Part shown: piece by piece, positions 33,049 through 42,250 of the stretch
How the letters are laid out: each line of letters starts with the position of its first letter
Position numbering within the stretch: position 1 is the first letter of the stretch
Source of the DNA: an uncultured Actinomycetes bacterium
GTDB lineage: Bacteria; Actinomycetota; UBA4738; HRBIN12
DNA: 64,000 nt
Assembly (NCBI GenBank): GCA_963704725.1
Contig: OY969934.1
Span: forward strand, 1,696,001-1,760,000
Direction: 5' to 3'
The notes under the pieces: generated by a model
The model's database searches: none
What the model was told of the DNA's origin: nothing
What the model saw: the letters and a program-made list of their open reading frames with translations, nothing else
Position numbers and translations under genes: made by a program

Positions 33049-33711
33049 CTACTCGACGAGGCCGCTGCGGATGGCGATCGCGACCGCCTGAGCACGGTCG
33101 TTCGCGCCGAGCTTCTCGAAGATGCGCTCGAGGTGCGTCTTCACGGTGTGCGGGGAGATGCCGAGGTCGTGGGCGACCTCCTTGGTCGTCGCGCCGTAGG
33201 CCACCTTCTGGAGGATCTCCTTCTCCCGCTTGGACAGGGGGGGCGCCTCGACCCGCTTCTCGGCGATCTGAACCTCTTCGATGAAGGCCCGGGTGAGCTG
33301 GGGATGGATGACCGCCTTGCCCTCCAGGGCGAGGCGGGCCGCGTTCACGAGCTCGTCGGCCGAGGCGTCCTTGAGGAGGTAGCCGGAGACGCCGGCCTGG
33401 ATCGCCTCGGAGATCGAGGCGCGGGACTCGTCGACCGTGAACAGGATCACCCGGGTGTCGGGCGAGCTCAGGCGGATCGCCTTGGTCGCCTCGATCCCGT
33501 TCATCCCGGGCATCCGGACGTCCATGAACACGATGTCGGGCGTGAGGTCGCCGGCCTTGCGAACGGCGTCCTCGCCGCTGTCGGCCTCGCCGATCACGAC
33601 CACGTCGTTGGCCAGGTCGAGCGCCGCGTGGAGCCCCTCGCGGGTGACCGGGTGGTCGTCCACGATGAGGATGCGGATGCGGTGGGTGTCGTCTCTCGTC
33701 GTCTCGCTCAT
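33049..33711 (-). CDS. NarL/LuxR-family response regulator
   Basis: IVDDH, MDVRMPGMNGIEAT, GYLLKD, LSKREKEIL..G.TTKEVA..L.ISPHTVKTH. Confidence 0.95.
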   Translation of the reverse strand: MSETTRDDTHRIRILIVDDHPVTREGLHAALDLANDVVVIGEADSGEDAVRKAGDLTPDIVFMDVRMPGMNGIEATKAIRLSSPDTRVILFTVDESRASISEAIQAGVSGYLLKDASADELVNAARLALEGKAVIHPQLTRAFIEEVQIAEKRVEAPPLSKREKEILQKVAYGATTKEVAHDLGISPHTVKTHLERIFEKLGANDRAQAVAIAIRSGLVE

Positions 33712-33718
33712 GGAATAG

Positions 33719-33746
33719 GTATCGGCCGCAAGGCCTTTAGGATAGA
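33719..33746 (-). promoter_or_regulatory. FliA/WhiG-type -10 (GCCGATAC) 7 nt from the ATG; weak -35
   Basis: Same -10 as the 32994 site; TCTA at a 16-nt spacer. Confidence 0.45.
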
Positions 33747-33773
33747 GGCTGTAGTTCCCCGAAGGAACTAACC

Positions 33774-34169
33774 TTGCTCATGGACGAAACCCGAACCGGT
33801 CCTGGCCCGATCCACGCCGGTCCCGTCCCCGAAGCGTCCGAGACCCCGTCGGCCACCTCGGGGGGGACCGTGACCGAGGAGCGGGTCCTCGACGCCCTCC
33901 GCCACGTGGTCGACCCGGAGCTCGGCATCAACATCGTCGACCTGGGGCTCGTGTACGAGGTGGACGTCAGCGCCGAGGGCGCCGTCCACGTGGAGTACAC
34001 CCTGACCACGATGGGCTGCCCCATCGGCCCCCTGATCGAGCAGCAGATGGAGTCGTTCCTGTCCGGCGTCCCCGGCGTGAGCGGAGTCGAGGCCGAGATG
34101 GTCCTGCGTCCGCCCTGGACCCCGGAGATGATGTCCGAGGAGGCCAAGGCCGCCCTCGGCTACTTCTGA
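33774..34169 (+). CDS. DUF59/SufT-like metal-sulfur cluster assembly factor
   Basis: DPELGINIVDLGLVY, TLTTMGCP, PPWTPEMMS. Confidence 0.92.
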   Translation: MLMDETRTGPGPIHAGPVPEASETPSATSGGTVTEERVLDALRHVVDPELGINIVDLGLVYEVDVSAEGAVHVEYTLTTMGCPIGPLIEQQMESFLSGVPGVSGVEAEMVLRPPWTPEMMSEEAKAALGYF

Positions 34170-34223
34170 TCGGCCCGCCACCCGGTTGACAGGTACGGGC
34201 CGTGGGAGTTGACTTGCACCTGC

Positions 34224-34247
34224 AAATCCGAGTGGTGGAGTCGAATT
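34224..34247. promoter_or_regulatory. Rrf2 (IscR/CymR)-like operator, copy 1
   Basis: AAATCCGAGTGGTGGAGTCGAATT, an imperfect palindrome related to the copies at 35461, 48735 and 60326. Confidence 0.55.
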
Positions 34248-34385
34248 CCGTGATCCGGACCCGGTGCCGAGGCCTGGTGGGGGCGATGATCCCCTCCCGC
34301 CTGTGCTGTCCGGCGCCGTGGTGCGCCCAGCAGGGCGCGTAGGGTCGCCGAGCGGTTCACCCCACCATCCGCAGAGCCGGAGAGC

Positions 34386-34410
34386 AAGGGCCGCAGGCGC
34401 GGCCCTTTTC
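34386..34410 (+). terminator. Terminator-like hairpin in the rhodanese 5' leader
   Basis: AAGGGCCGC-AGGC-GCGGCCCTT followed by TTC, about 60 nt before the ATG. Confidence 0.55.
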
Positions 34411-34472
34411 CATTGGACCCCCACGGCCGAGGCGGAAGCGCCGTCGGCCCCACCCGAGAGGAGGAGATGGCG

Positions 34473-35315
34473 ATGGCGGGCTACGCCAACCCCGACGCGC
34501 TCGTCGAGACCGACTGGCTCGAGGACCACCTCGAGGACGAGAACGTCCAGGTGATCGAGGTGGACGAGGACACGACGGCTTACGACAAGGGCCACATCCG
34601 CGGCGCGGTCGGCTGGAACTGGAGCACCGACCTGCACGCGGAGGTGGGCCGGGAGTACCTCGGCCAGCGGGAGCTCGCGGACCTGCTCTCGCGCGCCGGC
34701 GTCGGCGAGAGCACGACGGTGGTGCTCTACGGAGGGAACAACAACTGGTTCGCCGCCTACGCCTACTGGATCCTGAAGCTCCGCGGCTTCGACGCCGTCC
34801 GTCTGCTGAACGGCGGCCGGAAGAAGTGGGAGTTGGAGAGCCGGGAGCTGACGCAGGACGCCCCCTCGCCTACGCCGACCGGCATCGTCGTCTCCGGATC
34901 CGAGCGCGCCGGTATCCGGGCGCTGCGCGACGAGGTGTTGGCCAAGCTCGGCGGAGCGGCGTTCGTGGACGTCCGGTCTCCGGAGGAGTACCGGGGGGAG
35001 AAGCTCGCCCCCGATCACCTGCCGCAGGAGCAGTCGCAGGTGCCCGGCCACATCCCCGGCGCCGCGAACATCCCCTGGGTCAAGGCGGCGAACGAGGACG
35101 GCACGTTCAAGTCGGCGGACGAGCTCCGCGCGCTCTACGAGCCCGAGGGCGTGACCCCCGACACGGAGGTCATCGCGTACTGCCGGATCGGGGAGCGGAG
35201 CTCGCACACGTGGTTCGCGCTCACCGAGCTGCTCGGGTACGAGAACGTCAAGAACTACGACGGCTCGTGGACCGAGTACGGGTCGCTGGTCGGCGTCCCG
35301 GTCGAGAAGGGCTGA
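34473..35315 (+). CDS. Tandem-rhodanese thiosulfate sulfurtransferase (CysA/SseA type)
   Basis: [26 protein letters not shown], active loop [17 protein letters not shown]; GGAGGAG RBS. Confidence 0.95.
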   Translation: MAGYANPDALVETDWLEDHLEDENVQVIEVDEDTTAYDKGHIRGAVGWNWSTDLHAEVGREYLGQRELADLLSRAGVGESTTVVLYGGNNNWFAAYAYWILKLRGFDAVRLLNGGRKKWELESRELTQDAPSPTPTGIVVSGSERAGIRALRDEVLAKLGGAAFVDVRSPEEYRGEKLAPDHLPQEQSQVPGHIPGAANIPWVKAANEDGTFKSADELRALYEPEGVTPDTEVIAYCRIGERSSHTWFALTELLGYENVKNYDGSWTEYGSLVGVPVEKG

Positions 35316-35384
35316 GCGCGCCAGGGCGCTCCTCGGGGGGCCCGTCCTCCGGGGTGCGGGGAAAGGATGCCCCCTCTCCCTCCG

Positions 35385-35418
35385 AAGGGGCGGGTGCCGT
35401 TCGGCACCCGCCCCTTTC
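35385..35418 (+). terminator. Intrinsic terminator after the rhodanese gene
   Basis: AAGGGGCGGGTGCC-GTTC-GGCACCCGCCCCTT followed by TT; perfect 14-bp stem. Confidence 0.75.
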
Positions 35419-35459
35419 CCCTCGGCGCTGCCCCGCCCGGCGCCGTGCGCCTGTGCTCG

Positions 35460-35483
35460 AATTCCGACCCCTCGGATGGACTT
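35460..35483. promoter_or_regulatory. Rrf2-like operator, copy 2 (sufB)
   Basis: AATTCCGACCCCTCGGATGGACTT upstream of sufB. Confidence 0.5.
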
Positions 35484-35545
35484 ACCTCGTCGCCGTGGGT
35501 ATCCTCGATGGGAGGAGTGAGGGCCGCTCCTCGGGAAGGACCACC

Positions 35546-36958
35546 GTGGCCGTCACCCAGGAAGAGCATCTCCGGGAGCTCAGCAAGGGCTACCGCTTCG
35601 GCTGGAAGGACCCGTCCCACTCGGTCTTCACGCCGAAGATGGGCCTGAGCGCCGCGGTGGTCGAGGAGATCTCGGCGCTGAAGGACGAACCCGACTGGAT
35701 GCGGAAGTACCGGCTGAAGGCGCTGAAGCACTTCGAGCAGCGCCCCATGCCGTGGTGGGGGGCCGACCTGTCGGGGATCGACTTCGACGATATCTACTAC
35801 TTCATCCGCTCGACCGAGAAGCAGGCGCAGAACTGGGACGAGCTGCCCGACGACATCCGCGGGACGTGGGACAAGCTGGGGATCCCGGAGGCGGAGAAGA
35901 AGTTCCTGGGCGGGGTCTCGGCGCAGTACGAGAGCGAGGTCGTCTACCACAAGATCAAGCAGGAGCTCGACGACATGGGCGTCCTGTTCGCAGACATGGA
36001 CACGGCGCTCCGCGACCACCCCGACATCGTCAAGGAATACTTCGGGACGATCATCCCGCCCAACGACAACAAGTTCGCCGCGCTGAACTCGGCGGTGTGG
36101 TCGGGGGGATCGTTCATCTACGTCCCGCCCGGCGTGCACGTCGACATCCCGCTGCAGGCGTACTTCCGGATCAACGCGGAGGCGATGGGGCAGTTCGAGC
36201 GGACGATGATCATCGCGGACGAGGGCAGCTACGTGCACTACGTCGAGGGCTGCTCGGCCCCGATCTACACGCGCGATTCGCTCCACTCGGCGGTCGTCGA
36301 GATCATCGTGAAGAAGGGCGCCCGCGTCCGCTACACGACCATCCAGAACTGGTCGAACAACGTCTACAACCTCGTTACCAAACGCGCGGCAGCGTACGAG
36401 GACTCCGTGATGGAGTGGATCGACGGCAACATCGGCTCGAAGGTGACGATGAAGTACCCGTCTATCTACCTGCTCGGCAAGGGCGCCCGGGGCGAGGTCC
36501 TCTCAGTGGCGTTCGCCGGTGAGGGGCAGCACACGGACGCCGGCGGCAAGGCGATCCACGCCGCGCCGTTCACCACCTCGATCATCAACAGCAAGTCGGT
36601 GAGCAAGGGCGGCGGGCGCACCGGGTACCGAGGGCTCGTCCGCATCGAGCCGGGTGCGCACCACGCGAAGTCAATGGTCCGCTGCGACGCGCTGATCCTC
36701 GACGAGATCTCGCGCTCGGACACCTACCCGTACGTCGAGGTCGAGGAGCAGACCGCGCAGCTCGGCCACGAGGCGTCGGTCGCCCGGATCGGCGAGGACC
36801 AGCTCTTCTACCTCATGAGCCGTGGGCTGTCCGAAGCCGAGGCATCGGCGATGATCGTGAACGGCTTCATCGAGCCGATCACCCGCGAGCTGCCCATGGA
36901 GTACGCCGTCGAGCTCAACCGCCTGATCGAGCTCCAGATGGAAGGCGCGATCGGCTAG
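35546..36958 (+). CDS. sufB: Fe-S cluster assembly protein SufB
   Basis: [62 protein letters not shown]; GAAGGA RBS before GTG. Confidence 0.97.
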   Translation: MAVTQEEHLRELSKGYRFGWKDPSHSVFTPKMGLSAAVVEEISALKDEPDWMRKYRLKALKHFEQRPMPWWGADLSGIDFDDIYYFIRSTEKQAQNWDELPDDIRGTWDKLGIPEAEKKFLGGVSAQYESEVVYHKIKQELDDMGVLFADMDTALRDHPDIVKEYFGTIIPPNDNKFAALNSAVWSGGSFIYVPPGVHVDIPLQAYFRINAEAMGQFERTMIIADEGSYVHYVEGCSAPIYTRDSLHSAVVEIIVKKGARVRYTTIQNWSNNVYNLVTKRAAAYEDSVMEWIDGNIGSKVTMKYPSIYLLGKGARGEVLSVAFAGEGQHTDAGGKAIHAAPFTTSIINSKSVSKGGGRTGYRGLVRIEPGAHHAKSMVRCDALILDEISRSDTYPYVEVEEQTAQLGHEASVARIGEDQLFYLMSRGLSEAEASAMIVNGFIEPITRELPMEYAVELNRLIELQMEGAIG

Positions 36959-37235
36959 CGAGCGTCAGCGGCTCCAACACGGGCGAGCGGAGGATCGCCG
37001 TCCGGATGGCGTCCTCGTGGGACGGGCAGCAGGCGCTCCACGTCAGGTGATCGCCCGCACGGGAGGCGCGGATGTCGATGGGCCTCCTCCCGTGCGCCGG
37101 GCACCGCACGCGCCGGATCCTCGCCCGCGCGGCAGCGACACCATCTCTCAGGGCCTCGCGCTTGACGCACTCCAACCACTCGTCGGCAGACACGGGGCGG
37201 CCATGCGCGTCCCGGAACTCGATATCGAGCTTCAC
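36915..37235 (-). CDS. Small Cys/His-motif hypothetical protein
   Basis: GGAGG RBS + GTG; MKLDIEFRD...CPAHG...CCPSH. Its 3' end overlaps the sufB end. Confidence 0.55.
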   Translation of the reverse strand: MKLDIEFRDAHGRPVSADEWLECVKREALRDGVAAARARIRRVRCPAHGRRPIDIRASRAGDHLTWSACCPSHEDAIRTAILRSPVLEPLTLASRSRLPSGARSGG

Positions 37236-37267
37236 CAGCACCTCCTGGCTTGATCGCGGGGGAGCGT

Positions 37268-38458
37268 TCACGGTGGACCTCGGTCCTCCAGCCGCGACCC
37301 ATCCGGCCGGAAGAACGCCGGGCGCCCGTCGACGAGCTCGAGACGGAACCCGCCGGGCCGATGGACCAGCCGGTGGTGACGGCGGCACAGCAGAATCAGG
37401 TTCTGGATCGCGGTCGGACCGCCGTCGGCCCAGTGGACCACATGATGAGAGTCGCACCACGTGTGAGGGCGTTCGCAGCCGGGGAACCGGCACCGGCGAT
37501 CTCGAACCACCACGGCGCGCCGCATCGACGGCGGCACCACGGGAGTCCTTCGTCCCACGTCCAGCGGCTCGGACCGTCCGGACAGCACCACACGGGTGAC
37601 CGACGCGTCGCAGGCAAGTCGCCGAGCGGTCTCGACCGAGACGGGTCCGACGTCGTCGAGCTCGCTCGGGCCGGCCGCGGCGCCTGTCAGGGCGTCGGCC
37701 GGGAGCGTCACGGTGACGTGTGGTCGCTCGCCCGCCACGCGGGGACGGTCGGCCAGGTCAAGCCACTGCCGGCAGATCTCGACCAGGGCGTCCGCGCGGC
37801 GCTGGGCGGGCGTCCGCTCGTCCTCGGGCCCTCGCGATCGTGACTCGGCGTCGAGCACGGCTCGAAGCGCCGTGAGCAGGGTCTCACCGCCCTCGGGGTC
37901 GAGATCGAAGTCGCCCCGGACCATCCCGAGGAACGTCGGCGAGGCATGAAGTCGCCGTCGCGCGTGAAGCGCTTCGTCCCCGTCCCTCGCCTGCTCCCGC
38001 TCGACGATCTGGCGCCAATGCGCGGCGACCCGCTGCAGGGCCCCCGTCGAGTGGATCCGGGCGGCTTCCACGAGCTGGGCCTCCGAACGCGCGAACGCCT
38101 CTCGGTCGAGGTCGTGCGCCGTGGTGAGCACGCGCGCCGCGGAGAGCGACAGCTCGCCGTCCTCGAGCGCCCGCCGGGTCACCGGCATGTCTTCGAGCGC
38201 CCGAGCGACGCGCACCGACTCGCGGGCCGTCCCCCAGGCGACGTTGAACCTCGCGTTGAGCCAGGAGGCCGAGGACAGGTTCCCGTCGCGCTCGAACAGC
38301 CGACGCCGCTCGATGTCCGCCAGCCGCCGGAGCCGTTCGACCTCGAGCAGCTCCATCGCCCGGTGCAGCTCGGCGAAGTCCTCCTCGATGACCGCGTCCG
38401 GCAGCTCGGCAAGGAGCTCGGACTGCAACGCATCGATGGCCGAGCGAAGCTCGCTCAA
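37268..38458 (-). CDS. DUF222 (13E12 repeat family) protein with C-terminal HNH domain
   Basis: RTPAQRRADALVE, ARRLACDA, PLDVGR, RDRRCRFPGC..WCDSHH..HWADGGPT...NLILLCRRHHRLVH. Confidence 0.92.
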   Translation of the reverse strand: MSELRSAIDALQSELLAELPDAVIEEDFAELHRAMELLEVERLRRLADIERRRLFERDGNLSSASWLNARFNVAWGTARESVRVARALEDMPVTRRALEDGELSLSAARVLTTAHDLDREAFARSEAQLVEAARIHSTGALQRVAAHWRQIVEREQARDGDEALHARRRLHASPTFLGMVRGDFDLDPEGGETLLTALRAVLDAESRSRGPEDERTPAQRRADALVEICRQWLDLADRPRVAGERPHVTVTLPADALTGAAAGPSELDDVGPVSVETARRLACDASVTRVVLSGRSEPLDVGRRTPVVPPSMRRAVVVRDRRCRFPGCERPHTWCDSHHVVHWADGGPTAIQNLILLCRRHHRLVHRPGGFRLELVDGRPAFFRPDGSRLEDRGPP

Positions 38459-38474
38459 CGACTGTCCCCCCTCC

Positions 38475-38496
38475 CGAACGTACGTTCGAGATCGTA
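38475..38496 (-). promoter_or_regulatory. LexA (SOS) box next to a -10 element for the DUF222-HNH gene
   Basis: Perfect CGAAC-GTAC-GTTCG palindrome (38475-38488); TACGAT -10 on the minus strand at 38491-38496. Confidence 0.85.
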
Positions 38497-38498
38497 GC

Positions 38499-38888
38499 TC
38501 ATGGCAGTGACATCGAACGCGCGACGTCGGCCACGGTCATCGGCTGGGGGAGGTCGGCCGCGAGGATCGCCCCGTCGAGGCCGAGCCGGCCGACCGCCAG
38601 CAACCACGGCGTGACCGAGGGGTCGATCACGCCGGCGACGACGAGCAGCGCCATCGCGATGGCGAGGTCGAGCTCGCACGTCGGCCCACCGGAGATGGGC
38701 GGCTCGAGGTGAACGAAGGCGAGCGGCACCTCGTCGAGCAGCCCATCGTTGACGAGGGCGGCTCGCACGCGATCGGCCGTGGTGCGGCCGTATCCGGGCG
38801 GCAAGCCCATGATCTGAAAGCGATCCCCTGGCCTGGCCACCAGCTCGACGAGCCGGTCGTCGACCACACCCCACACGCGAACGCCCAC
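38499..38888 (-). CDS. Stand-alone YifB/ComM N-terminal (Lon-C-like) domain protein or remnant
   Basis: FQIMGLP..DRVRAALVN, ELDLAIAMALL and GRLGLDG match the ComM/YifB N-terminal pattern; no AAA+ domain. Confidence 0.6.
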   Translation of the reverse strand: MGVRVWGVVDDRLVELVARPGDRFQIMGLPPGYGRTTADRVRAALVNDGLLDEVPLAFVHLEPPISGGPTCELDLAIAMALLVVAGVIDPSVTPWLLAVGRLGLDGAILAADLPQPMTVADVARSMSLP

Positions 38889-39006
38889 GCACGACCTCGA
38901 AGGAGCGGACGGCCGAGGGAGAAGGCGACCCTATCGCCGGGTACCGACAGCCACGGCGGTCGGGGGTCGTCCGTATAGTGGCCGCATCACGGGCAAGGGG
39001 CAGAGC

Positions 39007-40953
39007 GTGGACAACTTCCAGGAGAAAGTCGCCTTCATCTGGTCGGTGGCCGACCTGCTCCGCGGCGACTACAAGCAGTCCGAGTACGGCAAGGTCATCC
39101 TGCCGCTGACCGTGCTCCGCCGTCTCGATTCCGTGCTGGAGCCGACCAAGTCGAAGGTCCTGAAGCGGCACAAGGAGCTCCAGGGCCGCCTCGAGAACGT
39201 CGAGCCGGTGCTCACGCAGATCACCGGGCACGGCTTCTACAACACGTCGCCCTTCACGTTCCGGACGCTCCTCGACGACCCGGACCACGTCGGCGAGAAC
39301 CTGCGCCGCTACATCCTCGGGTTCGACCAGGGGACGCAGGACGTGATCGCCAAGTTCGAGCTCGAGGGCCAGATCCGGCGCCTCGAGCGCTCGAACCTCC
39401 TGTACATGGTCGTCTCGAAGTTCTGCGACATGGACCTGCACCCGGACCGGGTCTCGAACATCGAGATGGGCTACGTGTACGAGGAGCTCGTCCGCAAGTT
39501 CTCGGAGCTGTCGAACGAGACCGCCGGAGAGCACTTCACCCCGCGCGAGGTCATCCGCCTGATGGTGAACATCCTGTTCGCCGGCGACCGGGACCTGCTG
39601 GCGAAGAAGGGCGCGATCGCCACGCTGTACGACCCGGCCTGCGGGACCGGTGGCATGCTGAGCGTGGCCGAGGACCACCTCCGGGCCCTGAACCCGGACG
39701 CCAAACTCCGCGTGTTCGGGCAGGAGCTGAACGCCGAGACGTACGCGGTCTGCCGCTCGGACATGATGCTGAAGGGCCAGGACGCGTCGAACATCTACTT
39801 CGGCAACTCGTTCACCGAGGACGGGTTGCCTGACTCCACGTTCGACTACCTACTGGCGAATCCGCCGTTCGGCGTCGAGTGGAAGAAGGTCCAGGATCGG
39901 GTCCGCCAGGAGCACGACCGTGACGGCTACCAGGGGCGCTTCGGCGCCGGTTTGCCGAGGATCAACGACGGCTCGCTGCTGTTCCTGCAGCACATGATCT
40001 CGAAGATGAAGCCGCCCGAGAAGGGCGGCAGCCGCCTCGCCATCGTCTTCAACGCGTCGCCGCTGTTCACCGGCGCCGCCGGCTCGGGCGAGTCCGAGAT
40101 CCGCCGCTGGATCATCGAGAACGACTCGCTCGAGGCGATCGTCGGCCTGCCGGACCAGCTCTTCTACAACACCGGGATCTCGACGTACTTCTGGGTCCTC
40201 ACGAACCGGAAGACCCCCGAGCGCCGGGGGAAGGTCCAGCTCGTCGACGCCCGCGAGCTGTGGACCAAGATGCGCAAGAGCCTCGGCGAGAAGCGCAAGG
40301 AGATCTCGAGCGAGCAGATCGAGGAGATCACGCGCCTGTGCGCGGAGGTCCAGGAGGGCGATCGCTGCAAGATCCTGCGGAACGAGGACTTCGGCTACCG
40401 CCGGATCACCGTCGAGCGACCACTCCGCGTGCGGTGGGAAGTGACCGAAGAGACGGCCGCGACGCTCGGCGCCTCGAAGGCGCTCACGAAGCTCGACGAC
40501 GATGCTCGTGAGCGGCTGCTCGAAGCCGTCGATGGGCTGAAGGGAACGTCGACGACGGATCGGGACGTATTCGCGGAGAAGGTCGCTGGAGTGCTCGACG
40601 CCATGGGGAAGTTCGGCAAGCCAATGGAGAGGGCTATCATCGAGGCGGCGACGGTCCGGGACCCCGAGGCCCCGCTCGTGACCGACAAGAAGGGGAATCC
40701 GGAGCCCGATCCTGAGCTGCGCGACTTCGAGAACGTGCCGCTCACCGAGGACGTCGGTGAGTACATGGAGCGCGAGGTCCTCCCCTTCGTCGACGCATGG
40801 GTCGACGAGTCGAAGACGAAGGTCGGGTACGAGATCCCGTTCACCCGGCACTTCTACGTGTACGTGCCTCCCCGGCCTCTCGAAGAGATCGACTCCGATA
40901 TCAAGGCGCTCGAGCAGGAGATCCTCCAGCTCCTCCGCGAGGTAGCTGAGTGA
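39007..40953 (+). CDS. hsdM: Type I R-M methyltransferase subunit M
   Basis: FIWSVADLLRG, AGEHFTPREV, YDPACGTGGML, NPPFG (m6A motif IV), GYEIPFTRHFY; TATAGT -10 at 38974. Confidence 0.97.
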   Translation: MDNFQEKVAFIWSVADLLRGDYKQSEYGKVILPLTVLRRLDSVLEPTKSKVLKRHKELQGRLENVEPVLTQITGHGFYNTSPFTFRTLLDDPDHVGENLRRYILGFDQGTQDVIAKFELEGQIRRLERSNLLYMVVSKFCDMDLHPDRVSNIEMGYVYEELVRKFSELSNETAGEHFTPREVIRLMVNILFAGDRDLLAKKGAIATLYDPACGTGGMLSVAEDHLRALNPDAKLRVFGQELNAETYAVCRSDMMLKGQDASNIYFGNSFTEDGLPDSTFDYLLANPPFGVEWKKVQDRVRQEHDRDGYQGRFGAGLPRINDGSLLFLQHMISKMKPPEKGGSRLAIVFNASPLFTGAAGSGESEIRRWIIENDSLEAIVGLPDQLFYNTGISTYFWVLTNRKTPERRGKVQLVDARELWTKMRKSLGEKRKEISSEQIEEITRLCAEVQEGDRCKILRNEDFGYRRITVERPLRVRWEVTEETAATLGASKALTKLDDDARERLLEAVDGLKGTSTTDRDVFAEKVAGVLDAMGKFGKPMERAIIEAATVRDPEAPLVTDKKGNPEPDPELRDFENVPLTEDVGEYMEREVLPFVDAWVDESKTKVGYEIPFTRHFYVYVPPRPLEEIDSDIKALEQEILQLLREVAE

Positions 40954-42248
40954 GGCAAGCATTCTCCATTGGCTCGAGTTGGCCGCTCACGAGACTCAAG
41001 CACCGAGTGGCATTCGCCGCAGGCGGGACGCCACCTGTGGATCGAACTGAGTACTGGGCGGAAGACAAGGGAGTGCCGTGGGTCACGATTGCGGATATGA
41101 CTCGGGCGTTTCGCGTGACCACTACGGATCGCACACTGACTGAGGCGGGATTAGGCGTGATGAGACGTCGACTTGCGCCACCCGGCACCTTGTTGTTTGC
41201 GATGTATGCCAGCGTCGGCAAAGTGGGCCGGCTCGGGGTCGCGGCGACTTGGAATCAAGCGATTCTCGGCATGACGCCACGAGCAGGATGTTATGGCGGG
41301 TTCCTCGCCTATTGGCTCGAGGCGCTCCAACCAATCGTGCTTGGGTTGGCGCGAAGCAACACCCAGGACAACCTCAACGCAGAGCAGGTCGGCAACCTCC
41401 CATTCCCTACCATGCCTCTATCCATGCAGCGGGCGATCGGCGACTTCCTCGACACCGAGATCGCTCGCATCGACGCGCTGCTCGACAAGAGGGGTCGGCT
41501 CCTCCGTCGACTGTCTGAGCGCAGGCGGTCAGTCACGTTCCTGGGAGTTACCGGCGTGCTAGCGCCCAGAGTCGCGACTCACGATCCAGGCCTTGCGTGG
41601 GCCCGCAAGATCCGTGCGCCCTGGCCTGCGGTCAAGCTCAAGCATGTCGCACGGCTTGGAACTGGCCACACGCCTAGCCGGACCCATTTGGAGTACTGGG
41701 AGGACTGCACCATCCCCTGGATCACGACCGGAGAGGTTCAGCAGGTTCGGGATGATCGAGCGGAGGTCATCACCGAGACGCGAGAGAAGATCAGTGAGGT
41801 CGGCCTCGCGCACTCGGCGGCCGAACTACACTCGGCAGGCACGGTCGTGCTGTGCAGAACCGCCTCAGCCGGCTACTCGGCAATCATGGGGTCGGACATG
41901 GCGACGAGCCAGGACTTCGCCACGTGGACGTGCTCGGAACGCCTCCTTCCCAGATACCTACTGATGTGCCTACGAGCGATGAGACCGGACCTCCTCGGAC
42001 GGCTTGCGTTCGGCTCAACCCACAAAACGATCTACATGCCCGACATCGAAGGGCTGAAGATCCCCTTGCCCACCGTTGAAGAGCAGCGGGAAGTAGTTGA
42101 CGAGATCGACCGACAACTCTCGAAGATCGATGCACTCGCGGAGCGCATCGAGCGCCAGTTGGGCCTCCTCGCCGAGCGCCGTCAGGCGCTGATCACGGCT
42201 GCGGTCACCGGTCTCGTGGACGTGACCATGGACAGCGCCGAGACATAG
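40950..42248 (+). CDS. hsdS: Type I R-M specificity subunit S
   Basis: Two TRDs (GGTPP / GHTPSR starts), conserved helices QRAIGDFLDTEIARIDAL and ERRQALITAAVTG; GTGA-coupled to hsdM. Confidence 0.95.
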   Translation: MRQAFSIGSSWPLTRLKHRVAFAAGGTPPVDRTEYWAEDKGVPWVTIADMTRAFRVTTTDRTLTEAGLGVMRRRLAPPGTLLFAMYASVGKVGRLGVAATWNQAILGMTPRAGCYGGFLAYWLEALQPIVLGLARSNTQDNLNAEQVGNLPFPTMPLSMQRAIGDFLDTEIARIDALLDKRGRLLRRLSERRRSVTFLGVTGVLAPRVATHDPGLAWARKIRAPWPAVKLKHVARLGTGHTPSRTHLEYWEDCTIPWITTGEVQQVRDDRAEVITETREKISEVGLAHSAAELHSAGTVVLCRTASAGYSAIMGSDMATSQDFATWTCSERLLPRYLLMCLRAMRPDLLGRLAFGSTHKTIYMPDIEGLKIPLPTVEEQREVVDEIDRQLSKIDALAERIERQLGLLAERRQALITAAVTGLVDVTMDSAET

Positions 42249-42250
42249 GC

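Noticed and set aside
34250-34410. T-box or SAM riboswitch in the rhodanese leader
   Set aside because: No GGTGGNACC T-box bulge and no SAM-I/IV GCAACC core; kept only as an unclassified attenuator candidate.
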